Source of the DNA: Gemmatimonadota bacterium
GTDB taxonomy: Bacteria; Gemmatimonadota; Gemmatimonadetes; Gemmatimonadales; GWC2-71-9
Direction of reading: 5' to 3'
Assembly: GCA_046733215.1 (NCBI GenBank)
Contig: JBKPOS010000099.1
Location: 1,545-65,544, forward strand
DNA: 64,000 bases
The translations under genes were made by a program, and so were the position numbers. Below the pieces are notes generated by a model. The model saw nothing but the letters and a program-made list of their open reading frames with translations, had not been told where the DNA came from and made no database searches. Position 1 is the stretch's first letter, and every line of letters begins with the position of its first letter. Shown here in pieces: positions 25,901 to 34,699 of the stretch.

Positions 25901-26422
25901 AGCGCCCGCCAGTCGCTGCTACAGGCGATCCGAGAGATAGATGGCACGGCGCGCGCCATGTTTCTTGAAACATTCGAAGCCGTCAAAGCGAACTTCCATA
26001 CGGTGTTCGAAACGCTGTTCGGTGGGGGCGAGTGCGATCTTCGGTTGGCCAACCCGGACGATCCGCTGGAAAGCGAAATCGAAATTCTGGCTGCACCGCG
26101 GGGCAAGCGGATCCAGCACGTGCGCCTGTTGTCCATGGGCGAGCGGACGCTGGTCGCGACGTCGCTCCTTTTCGGGCTCTATCTCACCAAGCCGAGCCCC
26201 TTCTGCCTGATGGACGAGGTGGACGCGCCGCTCGACGACGCCAACGTGGGGCGCTTCACCCGTCTCCTCGACGAATTCAAGCGTCAGACCCAGTTTATCG
26301 TCATCACTCACAACCCACGTACCATGCATGCGGCCGATGCGGTGTACGGGGTGACTATGCAGGAGCCGGGTGTATCGACGATCGTGGGAGTGCGGTTGGG
26401 GGAGGCGGTGGGGGTCAGTTAG
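22949..26422 (+). CDS. smc: Chromosome segregation protein SMC
   Basis: MKLTKLELSGFKSFAD, IVGPNGCGKSNVSDA (Walker A), long coiled coils around a hinge, and LSMGERTLVATSLLFGLY...FCLMDEVDAPLDDANV (signature + Walker B). Confidence 0.9.
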   Translation: MKLTKLELSGFKSFADTVTLDFEEGVAAIVGPNGCGKSNVSDAVRWVLGEQSARLLRGGKMEDVIFQGSANRRPVNVTEVALYLDNTDGALPIAYQEVVIARRLSRSGQSDYLLNGTVVRLRDIQDLLRGTGLGSDAGVVIEAEMIKLLLSDRADERRSLFEEAAGIGLYRDRKHSTERRLEETAADLQRVEDLLNEVQSQIRSLARQKGKAERSAKLLEEKFAVQVTLARRQLDQLAERTDGLEARFNQLSDVLPAEREGVGRAGERREETARARTAAEVHRTEIARRLGAVRVEVEKLDGDLALAAERLGTATSRRTKALEERTQTELRAALALTERDAAAADRAAAEAEHANINVEVASRTADEESGRQRLVDQRTAVRQLEEDLQSRAQAVRSLEGERTALEGELASLRDRAAQAVAHREGLRSELEAAERRRDHAIEQAAFRTHEMRRAAGETDRARHRVAEAREREALLRSQRRQAEEALAQTTARREALQELERERVGLAPGAAALLAARDQFGDAVLGPLSDFVRTPPEHAELAERLLGGWTHAILVRDAAAVEAIRRWHAEQQPGALVLLPADPGPQAPVGAPPTDGQLEAEGPAAAWLRTALAGSQVLDDTGRVLRRASGAILLGGAAAPSGPLRRRAELEGLVHEAELASIALGSAEADLGGALSRLATLEETLTHATGAVERARETERAALAAQDDAARFVNNLARELATADAEVARLTDRIERAEQRLVEVDVAMVEGDVTRARLGEELGAARAGLSELETVQEGTREKRAQWQVQEAHVAARLRAATERWERAQATQVEAATGVHALTDELAQLDLDCTALSAQQAQWQEARAERRVALLELETADTEAGAALEAAERALEWAERDVTTQRSLVEAHGEESHRLQIELTEATGLRRNIVERIEAEWRKSIDQLLEEAPRLELDLDTLESESIRIASALEAIGPVNPLAMEEHAEEVKRFEFLSGQRDDLVSARQSLLQAIREIDGTARAMFLETFEAVKANFHTVFETLFGGGECDLRLANPDDPLESEIEILAAPRGKRIQHVRLLSMGERTLVATSLLFGLYLTKPSPFCLMDEVDAPLDDANVGRFTRLLDEFKRQTQFIVITHNPRTMHAADAVYGVTMQEPGVSTIVGVRLGEAVGVS

Positions 26423-26567
26423 CTATCAGCTATCGGCTATCAGATGGCGCGAACACGTATCTCTGACACCGAGTAGCGCGTAGGCGATTTCCGCGTGCGT
26501 GCAACCAGCGGATTACGAGCGCGGCCTCCCCGGCGACTGATAGCTGATAGCTAATAGCTGACTAGCT
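26421..26567. repeat. Inverted heptamer arrays, (AGCTATC)x3 at 26421-26443 and (GATAGCT-type)x4 at 26536-26567, enclosing ~93 nt
   Basis: Read directly. The left arm AGCTATCAGCTATCGGCTATCAG and right arm CTGATAGCTGATAGCTAATAGCT are complementary at 21 of 23 positions. The smc TAG (26420-26422) overlaps the first unit. Confidence 0.9.
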
Positions 26568-26595
26568 TTCATCCCATATCCAACGGGACACCCTG

Positions 26596-27636
26596 ATGCT
26601 CGTCGTCATGCGCCACGGCGCCAGCGAACAGGAAATCCAGCAGGTCGCGGCAGCCATCGAGCAGATGGGCTACGAAGCGCGCATCATGCCAGGCCGGCAG
26701 CGGACTACCGTCGGCTTGGTCGGCAACGACGGGCGGGTGGACCCATCGCGGCTGGCCGGCCTTCCCGGCGTGCAGGAATGCATTCCCGTCACGAAGCCCT
26801 ACAAGCAGGTCTCGCGCGAGTGGCGCGCCCAGCCCACCATCGTCCAGTTCCCTGGCGGTCTCAGCATTGGCGGCGATGAAGTGGTGGTGATGGCCGGGCC
26901 ATGTTCGGTCGAAAGCAGCACCCAGATTCTGGAGGCAGCCCACGCCGTTCGGGAAGCCGGTGCGACGATGCTGCGCGGAGGTGCCTTCAAGCCGCGCAGC
27001 TCACCGTACTCGTTTCAGGGGCTCGGCCGGAAGGGCCTGGAACTGCTCGCCCGCGCCCGGGAAGAGACCGGGCTGCTGATCGTGACCGAAGCGATGGATC
27101 CCGAGGGCCTGGACGCAGTTGCCGAAATTGCGGACCTGGTCCAGATCGGGGCCCGTAACATGCAGAACTATTCCCTGCTCAAGAAGGCGGGCCGCTCCCG
27201 CAAGCCGGTCCTGCTCAAGCGGGGCCTTGCCGCCACGATTCAGGAGCTGCTCCTCTCGGCCGAGTACATCCTCGCCGAAGGCAACCCAAACGTGATTCTC
27301 TGCGAGCGAGGCGTGCGCACCTTCGACTCTGCCACCCGTAACCTGTTCGACCTCGCGGCTGTCGCCGTCGTCCACGGCTTATCGCACTTGCCCATCGTGG
27401 CCGATCCGAGCCACGGCACGGGTCACCGCGACATGGTGATCCCGATGGCTCGCGCCGCGATCGCGGCCGGTGCTGACGGGCTCCTGGTCGAGGTGCACCC
27501 CAACCCCGACGCTGCTCTCTCCGACGGAGCGCAGAGTCTCTATCCGGTACAGTTCAGCCAGTTGATGCGCGAAGTGCGGCTGATTGCCGAGGTAATCGGC
27601 CGGCGGGTTTCGGAGCCGGCGGGAATGCGCGCGTGA
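26596..27636 (+). CDS. 3-deoxy-7-phosphoheptulonate (DAHP) synthase, type I-beta with N-terminal ferredoxin-like regulatory domain
   Basis: [33 protein letters not shown] (regulatory domain as in the Thermotoga enzyme), then [37 protein letters not shown] and ADPSHGTG. Confidence 0.85.
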   Translation: MLVVMRHGASEQEIQQVAAAIEQMGYEARIMPGRQRTTVGLVGNDGRVDPSRLAGLPGVQECIPVTKPYKQVSREWRAQPTIVQFPGGLSIGGDEVVVMAGPCSVESSTQILEAAHAVREAGATMLRGGAFKPRSSPYSFQGLGRKGLELLARAREETGLLIVTEAMDPEGLDAVAEIADLVQIGARNMQNYSLLKKAGRSRKPVLLKRGLAATIQELLLSAEYILAEGNPNVILCERGVRTFDSATRNLFDLAAVAVVHGLSHLPIVADPSHGTGHRDMVIPMARAAIAAGADGLLVEVHPNPDAALSDGAQSLYPVQFSQLMREVRLIAEVIGRRVSEPAGMRA

Positions 27637-28298
27637 GAAGCCTGTATACCATCACCGCTTTGAGTCTGCTGCTGTCCCCCGCGGCCGCCCCCTTGTCCGC
27701 ACAGCAGGACGCGCGATCCATCGTGAGCCGGGCCGCGTTTGCCTATAGATCGCTCTCCGCACTACGCGCCGACTTCGATCAGCTGATCGAAAACCAGATG
27801 ATCGGGAACGCCGCCAGCAAAGGGGTACTGGAACAGGCCGGACAGGCGCGCCTGTCGATGCGGTTCACCGACCCGCCTGGCGAAGCCATCGTCATCGACG
27901 GGAAATGGGTGTGGGTTTATACCCCGAGTACCACGCCTGGCCAGGTGCTCCGGATTCCGGTACCAAGCGGCGGACCGGTGTACGGGTACAATCTGCTGGC
28001 CTGGCTGATGGACCGCCCGACGGAGCGATACAACTCGACCTACGTCCGCGCCGACCGACTCGACAACCGCCCTATGGATGTGGTCGAGATGGTTCCAACG
28101 GTGCCCGATATGCCCTTCGGACGCGCAACCGTATGGCTCGATCGCGGCGACGGCCTGCCGCGACGAATGGAAATAGAGGAGCTGTCCGGCCAACGCCGAA
28201 CTCTCACGCTCCATAACGTGCGGGTGAACCAGCCCGTGAGCAATAAGACGTTTACGTTCGAGGTGCCGGCGGGCGTGAAGGTCGTTGATAGCGGGTGA
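27633..28298 (+). CDS. LolA-like periplasmic protein (outer-membrane lipoprotein carrier fold)
   Basis: GTGA overlap with the previous gene. Signal peptide [25 protein letters not shown]. The size and sequence character fit LolA-like proteins. This is a family-level guess. Confidence 0.5.
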   Translation: MRSLYTITALSLLLSPAAAPLSAQQDARSIVSRAAFAYRSLSALRADFDQLIENQMIGNAASKGVLEQAGQARLSMRFTDPPGEAIVIDGKWVWVYTPSTTPGQVLRIPVPSGGPVYGYNLLAWLMDRPTERYNSTYVRADRLDNRPMDVVEMVPTVPDMPFGRATVWLDRGDGLPRRMEIEELSGQRRTLTLHNVRVNQPVSNKTFTFEVPAGVKVVDSG

Positions 28299-28316
28299 AA
28301 ACAGCGGGTGAAAAAC

Positions 28317-28371
28317 GGGGAAGAGGAGACAGGGAGAAGGGTGTAGCGAGCACCCTTCTCCCTTTCTCCCC
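28317..28371. terminator. Bidirectional terminator hairpin between convergent genes
   Basis: Perfect 12-bp stem GGGAGAAGGGTG(28332-28343)/CACCCTTCTCCC(28351-28362) with a 7-nt loop, extended imperfectly to GGGG...CCCC. It is preceded by the tandem AGCGGGTGAAAAC x2 (A-rich). Confidence 0.6.
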
Positions 28372-28373
28372 GC

Positions 28374-29624
28374 TTATCCCACGTACGCGTCCGCTTCGAT
28401 CTCCACCAGAATGTCCGGTCCGATGAGCCGGCGCACCTCGACCATCGTCGCCGCCGGGCGGACATGGGCGAACACCTCCCCATGTGCCCGGCCTACGTCT
28501 TCCCACCTGCCGATGTCAGTCACGAAGATGCGGGTGCGCACCACCTGATCGAGCCGGGCGCCTGCCTCGGTCAACGCATCGGAGATCTTGCCCAACGCGT
28601 GGCGAGCCTGGACATAGACGTCGGCGGAAATCGCCCTGCCCTGCCCGTCGGTCCCGGTGGTGCCCGCTACATGAACGTAGGGGCCCACCCGAACGGCCCT
28701 CGAGTAGCCAACGGTCGGCTCCCACGGCGATCCGCTCGAAATGTTCTTTCGTGCCTGCTCCATCGACCCTTCCTCGAGTAGAGATCCAATATTGCGAGCG
28801 ACCGGGTCCGGTAGCCCGGCTTCTGCCGCAAGCTCGAGCGCGGCCAGGCCCAGCGCTCTATACAGGACCTCGACGTCGCGCGGGAGCGCCCCGAGATGCG
28901 CCTTCACGGTATCGACGTCGCCACGGCGGATCGGTCCTGTAAGCGCCTCTACGGGACCCAGCTCGGCGAGGTTTTGGGCGGCGCCGATGAACAGGGGTAC
29001 GTACATGCGGGCGGCCGTCTCTTTCGGAATTCCGGCCGACATCGCCAACCGCTCCGCCAGCCCGGCCAGCACGGTCGTGTAATTGGCGGCGAAGACTGCA
29101 CCGGCGTGATAGAGCGGTTTGCTGCCCGGAGCGAGCACGACCGGCACCATATCGAGGGCGCTGGCAAGGGTGAGACCGGCTTCGATGGCGCGTCCTTCGC
29201 CTTCGATGCCGGCATACGCGCCGCGCAACCGGTTTGCGGCTGATGCCGTGTCGACGATAGTCTGAAGCGGATGAAAGCTCCCCAATGCAGCACCCGTTGC
29301 GCCGAGCGGCGCCAGCGCCGAGCGATCCAGCAGACCCGACATGTGAAGAACCACGTGCTGGGGGCTTACAACGCCGGACGATTGCAGTCCGGCCGCAATA
29401 CCGGCGACAACGTCATCCGGGGTTGCGATCAGGACCAGCCTCGTGGCTCGGACCGGGGCGGCGGGGCCAGTCGAGAGCGCTATTCCCGGCGGAGCCGGCT
29501 TCCGGGCACGCGACACCGACGTGACCTGCCAGCCCCGACTCGCCAGAGCCGATCCAATGCCCAAACCCATGCGACCCGCACCTATGATGACCACGCGTTG
29601 CGGGACCGTTTCGGGGTTATTCAT
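28374..29624 (-). CDS. Fusion of a Rossmann-like/DUF2520 domain protein with a RidA (YjgF/L-PSP) family domain
   Basis: N-terminal VVIIGAGRMGLGIGSAL...LTGPIRRGD (DUF2520 hallmark). C-terminal 130 aa: GYSRAVRVGPYVHVAGTTG...VRTRIFVTDIGRWEDVGRAHGEVF...ATMVEV (RidA-like). Confidence 0.7.
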   Translation of the reverse strand: MNNPETVPQRVVIIGAGRMGLGIGSALASRGWQVTSVSRARKPAPPGIALSTGPAAPVRATRLVLIATPDDVVAGIAAGLQSSGVVSPQHVVLHMSGLLDRSALAPLGATGAALGSFHPLQTIVDTASAANRLRGAYAGIEGEGRAIEAGLTLASALDMVPVVLAPGSKPLYHAGAVFAANYTTVLAGLAERLAMSAGIPKETAARMYVPLFIGAAQNLAELGPVEALTGPIRRGDVDTVKAHLGALPRDVEVLYRALGLAALELAAEAGLPDPVARNIGSLLEEGSMEQARKNISSGSPWEPTVGYSRAVRVGPYVHVAGTTGTDGQGRAISADVYVQARHALGKISDALTEAGARLDQVVRTRIFVTDIGRWEDVGRAHGEVFAHVRPAATMVEVRRLIGPDILVEIEADAYVG

Positions 29625-29711
29625 CTATGCTCGAAAAGCCAGCAGCCCGGCCGTTCCCTGTAGCGGAACGACCGGGCTGCATGACTGCTAAAGGATAGCG
29701 TGGCGTTTGGC

Positions 29712-31343
29712 TCAGTTCGTCCTCGTGGCGGAGGCACTGGACATCGCGATGCCCATGAGGTCCTTGGGCGTCTGAGCCTTCTTCAGGAGACCGAGAGCCG
29801 ACTGCAGCTGGCGGTCATCCAACGAGCGGCGACGGAATTCGGCGGGACGGCCGAACACGTATCGCTCGATTTCATAGCTCAGTTGCTCATCGACCAATTG
29901 AGCGGCAGCGTTGAAGTCAGCCTGGGTGACCTCCACGCCCTTGTTCCGCAACCGCTGGAAGACTTCCCGCCGCATGTCGGGCGAGATCTTGAAGCCTTCG
30001 TTCTCCACGGTCTTGGTCCGCTTTAGCTCGAGCGCGTACGTCGTGAGCACGTCGCGGTACACCGGCAGCTTGGCGCCGAGCGCCTTGGCAAACGTGCGCT
30101 CCCCGGTCGTAAGCGTATCCGGGCGAATCACGAGATCGGGAACGATGCCACCACCGCCCCGCACGGCGCGTCCCGCGTCAGTGCGGTAGATCGGCCGCTC
30201 CTTGAGAGCCGAGTCGGTGCTTTCCTCGGTCGGCGTACCGACTGCAGCCGATTCCGCCTGGGCCAGCTGGTCCTCTTCGTCCTTGGCGATCCGTTGAATG
30301 GTTCGGCCGCTCGGGGTGTACCAACGGGCCGTCGTCAGTTTGAGTGCGACTCCGTCGCCCAGAGGGAATAGCGTCTGGACCAGCCCCTTGCCGAAGGTAG
30401 GCGAGCCGACCACGACCGCCCGGTCGTGATCCTGGAGCGCCCCCGCAATGATCTCCGCCGCGCTCGCCGTCCCTTCATTGACCAGTACGACGATCGGGAG
30501 ATCGGGCCAGAGCTGCTTGACTTCGTCGTAGAACTCCTTGCTCGAGCCTCGCGCGCGCCCCTTGGTGGAGACGATCTCCTGGCCCTTGTCCAGGAACAGC
30601 TCGGCGACCTTGACACCCTGATCCAGCAAGCCACCAGGATTCAGCCGAAGATCGAGGACCATCGACTTCATGCCCTTGGACCGCATGCCGGTGATCTCGT
30701 CGCGCAGCTCCTGAGCCGACGTTTCGGCCACCGGGTTCAGAGAGATGTAGCCGATACCGCCTTCGAACAACGTGCCCGGCGGGACCGACCTGATGTGGAT
30801 GGTGGCGCGCGTCAGGTCGAAAGTGATCGGGTCTGCGATTCCGGAGCGACGCACCTTGACGGCGATCTTGCTGCCGGGGTCACCCCGCAGCGCCTTCACC
30901 GCCTGATCGTTCTTCCAGCCCTCCGTGGACTTCCCGTCCACCTCGATGATCTGGTCGCCGGTCTGAATGCCTGCTCGTTCGGCAGGCGTATCGGGAAGCG
31001 GCGCCACGACGGTAATCCAACCGTCCCGCACATCGATCTGGATGCCCAGGCCCGCGTAGTTCCCGGACGTCTGCTCGGTCAGAGCCCGATAGTCGTCACC
31101 GGTGAGGAGCACGGAGTAGGGATCCTTGAGCTCCTCCAGCATGCCGTTGGTAGCTTTGTCGTAGAGATCGCTCTCACCCAGCGAGTCCACGTAGTAGTTG
31201 TGAACGTGGGAGAGGACGTCGTCGAAGAGACGAGCCTGCTGGTATACGTTGCCGCCGGCCGCGACTCCGCGCTGCAGGAGCCAGCCGCCGCTCAGGAATG
31301 AGATTACCGCCACCAACCCAATCAGGCCCCAACGCTGCTTCAT
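29712..31343 (-). CDS. Carboxy-terminal processing protease (S41, PDZ-containing)
   Basis: Start trimmed to ATG 31343 (MKQRWGLIGLVAVISFL anchor). PDZ domain GLGIQIDVRDGWITVVAPLPDTPAERAGIQTGDQIIEVDG. Catalytic block VVLVNEGTASAAEIIAGALQDHDRAVVVGSPTFGKGLVQ. Confidence 0.85.
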   Translation of the reverse strand: MKQRWGLIGLVAVISFLSGGWLLQRGVAAGGNVYQQARLFDDVLSHVHNYYVDSLGESDLYDKATNGMLEELKDPYSVLLTGDDYRALTEQTSGNYAGLGIQIDVRDGWITVVAPLPDTPAERAGIQTGDQIIEVDGKSTEGWKNDQAVKALRGDPGSKIAVKVRRSGIADPITFDLTRATIHIRSVPPGTLFEGGIGYISLNPVAETSAQELRDEITGMRSKGMKSMVLDLRLNPGGLLDQGVKVAELFLDKGQEIVSTKGRARGSSKEFYDEVKQLWPDLPIVVLVNEGTASAAEIIAGALQDHDRAVVVGSPTFGKGLVQTLFPLGDGVALKLTTARWYTPSGRTIQRIAKDEEDQLAQAESAAVGTPTEESTDSALKERPIYRTDAGRAVRGGGGIVPDLVIRPDTLTTGERTFAKALGAKLPVYRDVLTTYALELKRTKTVENEGFKISPDMRREVFQRLRNKGVEVTQADFNAAAQLVDEQLSYEIERYVFGRPAEFRRRSLDDRQLQSALGLLKKAQTPKDLMGIAMSSASATRTN

Positions 31344-32005
31344 ACGTCCGTCCTCCGAGCCGCCCGAGGGTCTTCGCCAGGGCGAAAGGTTGCCGGCGCC
31401 GCCGCGACCACCTCGGCCCAAGCGGCATCGAGAACAGCCGCTGGCGGCGCTACTGCATTCAAATGTCGCACCCCGTCGCCGGTAGCCGCTAGATAGGCAG
31501 CTGCGACCCGGCGATGAAACCCGGGATCTTCCTGTTCCAGCCGATCGTGCTTCTTGGCGCCGGCCTTCAATCGATCAAGCCCAACCTCCGCCGGAATGTC
31601 GAGGACCAGCGTCAGGTGTGGCCGAAGCCCAGCAGTCGCGACCCGGTTCACGAAGGCTACAATGTCCGGATCCAGACCCCGTCCCGCCCCTTGATAGGCC
31701 AAAGTGGAGAGTTCGTAGCGATCAGAGACGACCGGGCGCCCGGCAGCCAGGGCCGGCTGGATGACCTCCTGCACCAAATGGGCCCGGGCCGCGCAAATGT
31801 ACAGCAGTTCCGTGTGGGGGGCGAATCGGTTCGCCGGATCCAGGAAGGCTGCCCTAACGGCCTCTGCCGCTGGAGTTCCTCCGGGCTCGCGGACAGCGAC
31901 CGGATCCCATCCCGATTCCTGCATCCGCCGAACCAGGCCAGCGGCGAGGGTGGACTTGCCGGCCCCCTCCGGTCCTTCGATGACGACGAAAAACCCCTCG
32001 TTCAC
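31340..32005 (-). CDS. tmk: Thymidylate kinase
   Basis: FVVIEGPEGAGKSTL (P-loop), REPGGTPAAEAVR and VSDRYELSTLAYQGAGRG. GTGA overlap with the upstream gene. Confidence 0.9.
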   Translation of the reverse strand: MNEGFFVVIEGPEGAGKSTLAAGLVRRMQESGWDPVAVREPGGTPAAEAVRAAFLDPANRFAPHTELLYICAARAHLVQEVIQPALAAGRPVVSDRYELSTLAYQGAGRGLDPDIVAFVNRVATAGLRPHLTLVLDIPAEVGLDRLKAGAKKHDRLEQEDPGFHRRVAAAYLAATGDGVRHLNAVAPPAAVLDAAWAEVVAAAPATFRPGEDPRAARRTDV

Positions 32006-32355
32006 GAGAGGGTGATGATACTGCTGGTCGCGCCTTTCTCCATTCCCTCGCTGATCTGCTGATTCACTTTCGTCATCAGCTTCTCGAAATTGGCCCGGGC
32101 AACGACGTACGCCTGCCCCGACCCGCTCATCTCCAGATCCCGCACAGCGGTCTCATAGGCTTCGGCGGTGGGTTGGTCGGGCATCTGTCCCTGGGCCACC
32201 AACTGATCCACTTGACGGGCGAGCCGCTGGATCTGGTCGAGCTTGGCCTGGGTGTCCTGATCTTCGCGAAGGTTCGTCTCGGCGCGCCGCAGCGCCTGAT
32301 ACTCCGGCGTCTGGCCGATGAGCCGGCCAAGCTCCTGTGCCTTGTCCCAGATCAC
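32002..32355 (-). CDS. YlbF/YmcA-like (UPF0342) helical protein
   Basis: GTG 32355 with GGAGG ~11 nt upstream. The longest ORF extends to 32496 but overlaps prmC. The 117-aa helical product IWDKAQELGRLIGQTPEYQALRRAE...KLDQIQRLARQVD resembles the YlbF/YmcA family. Confidence 0.5.
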   Translation of the reverse strand: MIWDKAQELGRLIGQTPEYQALRRAETNLREDQDTQAKLDQIQRLARQVDQLVAQGQMPDQPTAEAYETAVRDLEMSGSGQAYVVARANFEKLMTKVNQQISEGMEKGATSSIITLS

Positions 32356-33206
32356 GGTGTTTTGCTCCTCCGCGCAAGCAGATAACGCTCGCGCCCGAAA
32401 AGGTCCGCCCGCACTTCTATCGCCTCCCATCCCCCGCGCTCCGCCGTCTCGGCGACCATCGCCGCCCGAGTGGCATCCAACTCGAGAGCGATCCAACCTC
32501 CCGCCCGCAATATCCTGCGTCCGTCGTCGAGCAGCCGCACCGTTGCGTCCATTCCTTCGCGGCCGCTCACCAGCGCCTCGCGAGGCTCCCAGAGAGAGAC
32601 GCCCGGATCCAGATCGGCGTACTCCTGCTCTGTGAGGTAGGGTGGGTTCGAGACCAGCGCGTCCACGCTTGCGTCGCCGAGCGTGGTGGTGAGGTCACCC
32701 CGAACCAGCGTAACCGAGGCACCCACCAGCTCACGGTTGAGCCCCGCGAGCGTAAGCGCGGCCGCCGACTTGTCGATGGCGACTACGCTTTCGTAGCGAC
32801 CCTCGGTCGCCAGGCTGAGCGCGATGCAACCCGAGCCGGTCCCCACGTCTACGATCCGCCCCTCGTCGACCCGCTCGAGCACCAACTCGACCAGGCCCTC
32901 CGTCTCCGGCCGCGGAATCAGGGCCCGCCCGTCGATACGAAGTTTGAGCAAGCGGAACCCGGTCCAGCCGGTAACATACGCCAGCGGTTCTCCGACCGCC
33001 CTGCGGTCAACGGCGGCCAGAAATCCGGCTGCCATGTCCGGATCAACCGTGCGAGAGCTCGCAAGCAGAACACCTGCCGCGGGCTCACCGCTCACATCCG
33101 CCCACAAAAGGAGGCCTTCCCTGGCAGGCTCCGGAATCCCGGCCCCGCGCAGGATCAGTCTGCCTTCGGCCAAGAGATTCGCAAGCGATCCGGTCAGCTC
33201 AGGCAC
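32352..33206 (-). CDS. prmC: Release-factor glutamine N5-methyltransferase PrmC (HemK)
   Basis: VDVGTGSGCIAL (SAM site) and LVSNPPYL (NPPY). It overlaps prfA by 8 nt. Confidence 0.85.
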   Translation of the reverse strand: MPELTGSLANLLAEGRLILRGAGIPEPAREGLLLWADVSGEPAAGVLLASSRTVDPDMAAGFLAAVDRRAVGEPLAYVTGWTGFRLLKLRIDGRALIPRPETEGLVELVLERVDEGRIVDVGTGSGCIALSLATEGRYESVVAIDKSAAALTLAGLNRELVGASVTLVRGDLTTTLGDASVDALVSNPPYLTEQEYADLDPGVSLWEPREALVSGREGMDATVRLLDDGRRILRAGGWIALELDATRAAMVAETAERGGWEAIEVRADLFGRERYLLARRSKTP

Positions 33207-34257
33207 TCACCTGCTCCTCGCGGCTGGCCAGTCGGAGCGCATCTACAAAGGGCTCCAGAGACCCGTTCATCACGTCGTCAAGATTGTGCACCGACAGGTT
33301 GATGCGGTGATCGGTGACCCGGCTCTGAGGAAAGTTGTAGGTCCGAATCTTGGCCGACCGATCGCCGGTGCCCACCATCGCTCTCCGGTCTCGTGCTCGC
33401 GCGGCTTCCTGGTCCGCGATCATCCGGTCGAGCAGCCGCGCCCGGAGGACTTCCATCGCCTTGATCTTGTTCTGCAGCTGAGATTTCTGATCCTGCTGCT
33501 GAACCACCAGGCCGGTTGGAAGATGGGTGATGCGCACGGCGCTGTCCGTGGTATTGACGCTCTGACCTCCCGGGCCGCTGGAGCGGAACACGTCGACTTT
33601 GAGGTCCTGCGGCTCGATCTTGACATCAACTTCTTCCGCCTCAGGAAGCACGGCAACGGTTGCAGCAGAGGTGTGTATCCGGCCCTGCGTTTCTGTTTGA
33701 GGGACGCGCTGGACCCGGTGCACCCCGGACTCCCAGCGCAGAAGTCCATACGCGCCGGTCCCGCGCACCGCAAAAATGGCTTCCTTGACGCCGCCCAGGT
33801 TCCCCTCGCTCGCCGAGATCGGCTCGACGGTGAGTCCGTGCCGTTCGGCGTAGCGGGTGTACATCCGGCCCAGCTCCGCCGCAAACAGACCCGCCTCGTC
33901 ACCCCCGGTTCCGGCACGCACCTCGACAATGGCATCCCGGTCATCGTGGGGATCGCGGGGAAGGAGGAGCTCATGCAGCTCGGCTTCCAGATCCTCGATC
34001 GCGGGGCCAAGCCGACCCAGGTCGGCACGGGCCAACGCAACAAGCTCGGGATCGGCCTCTCCGGCCAGCTCCCGAGCCTGTTGAAGTTCGTCTCTCAGCC
34101 GCGCCAATCGCTCGGCGGCTCTAACTACCGGGACCAACCGCGTATGCTCCCGACCCAGCGATCGGAGCCGCGCGGGGTCCCGGGACACATCGGGATCAGC
34201 CAGCGCCTGGGCTACCTCCTCCGCTCGGGCGAGGGCCTGGCGGAGTCGGCTCTCCAT
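33199..34257 (-). CDS. prfA: Peptide chain release factor 1
   Basis: GTGGDEAGLFA and SSGPGGQSVNTTDSAVRITHLPTG (GGQ). Full-length RF1-like. Confidence 0.95.
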   Translation of the reverse strand: MESRLRQALARAEEVAQALADPDVSRDPARLRSLGREHTRLVPVVRAAERLARLRDELQQARELAGEADPELVALARADLGRLGPAIEDLEAELHELLLPRDPHDDRDAIVEVRAGTGGDEAGLFAAELGRMYTRYAERHGLTVEPISASEGNLGGVKEAIFAVRGTGAYGLLRWESGVHRVQRVPQTETQGRIHTSAATVAVLPEAEEVDVKIEPQDLKVDVFRSSGPGGQSVNTTDSAVRITHLPTGLVVQQQDQKSQLQNKIKAMEVLRARLLDRMIADQEAARARDRRAMVGTGDRSAKIRTYNFPQSRVTDHRINLSVHNLDDVMNGSLEPFVDALRLASREEQVSA

Positions 34258-34260
34258 CGA

Positions 34261-34479
34261 TTACGCCTTGGCCGGCGCCGTCTCGCTCTTATACTTGCGC
34301 CGGAACCGATCAACTCGTCCGGCAGTGTCCACCAGGCGCTGCTTGCCCGTAAAGAACGGATGGCACTGAGCGCAGACCTCGACATGGATCGACGAGGCCG
34401 TCGACCGGGTTTCAAACTGATTCCCGCAGGCACAGACCGCGGTGATCTTCCGGTAGACGGGATGCAGATTGGCTTTCAC
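34261..34479 (-). CDS. rpmE: 50S ribosomal protein L31 (Zn-ribbon type)
   Basis: GTG 34479 with GGGGAG upstream. [46 protein letters not shown]. Confidence 0.9.
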   Translation of the reverse strand: MKANLHPVYRKITAVCACGNQFETRSTASSIHVEVCAQCHPFFTGKQRLVDTAGRVDRFRRKYKSETAPAKA

Positions 34480-34584
34480 GCTGGACTCCCCCAAAGCAAT
34501 AGCCAGTAAAGCTAGTCGTATGAATCGTTTCCGGGCAAGCCTCTGGTTGCGCCCGGGGGCGTTTCGGGTGCTTTCTTGAGGCGA

Positions 34585-34624
34585 CGTGACGGCTATTACG
34601 TACAAAACTCGTGACGGCTGTTAC
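34585..34624. repeat. Direct repeat CGTGACGGCT(A/G)TTAC x2, 25-nt period, in the rpmE/crp divergent region
   Basis: Read directly: 34585-34599 and 34610-34624 differ at one position. Confidence 0.8.
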
Positions 34625-34644
34625 TTAGGGTCTGCGCGTCTGCG

Positions 34645-34675
34645 CACCTGGAAATCCAGGTGGGCTGCATATACT
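34645..34675 (+). promoter_or_regulatory. Palindrome CACCTGG-AAAT-CCAGGTG next to a TATACT -10-like hexamer upstream of the Crp/Fnr gene
   Basis: The palindrome at 34645-34662 has perfect 7-bp arms with a 4-nt spacer, the same 5-N4-5 core geometry as FNR-type sites. TATACT lies at 34670-34675 and the GTG start at 34700. Confidence 0.4.
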
Positions 34676-34699
34676 GGCTAACCAACACGTGAGGCGCCT

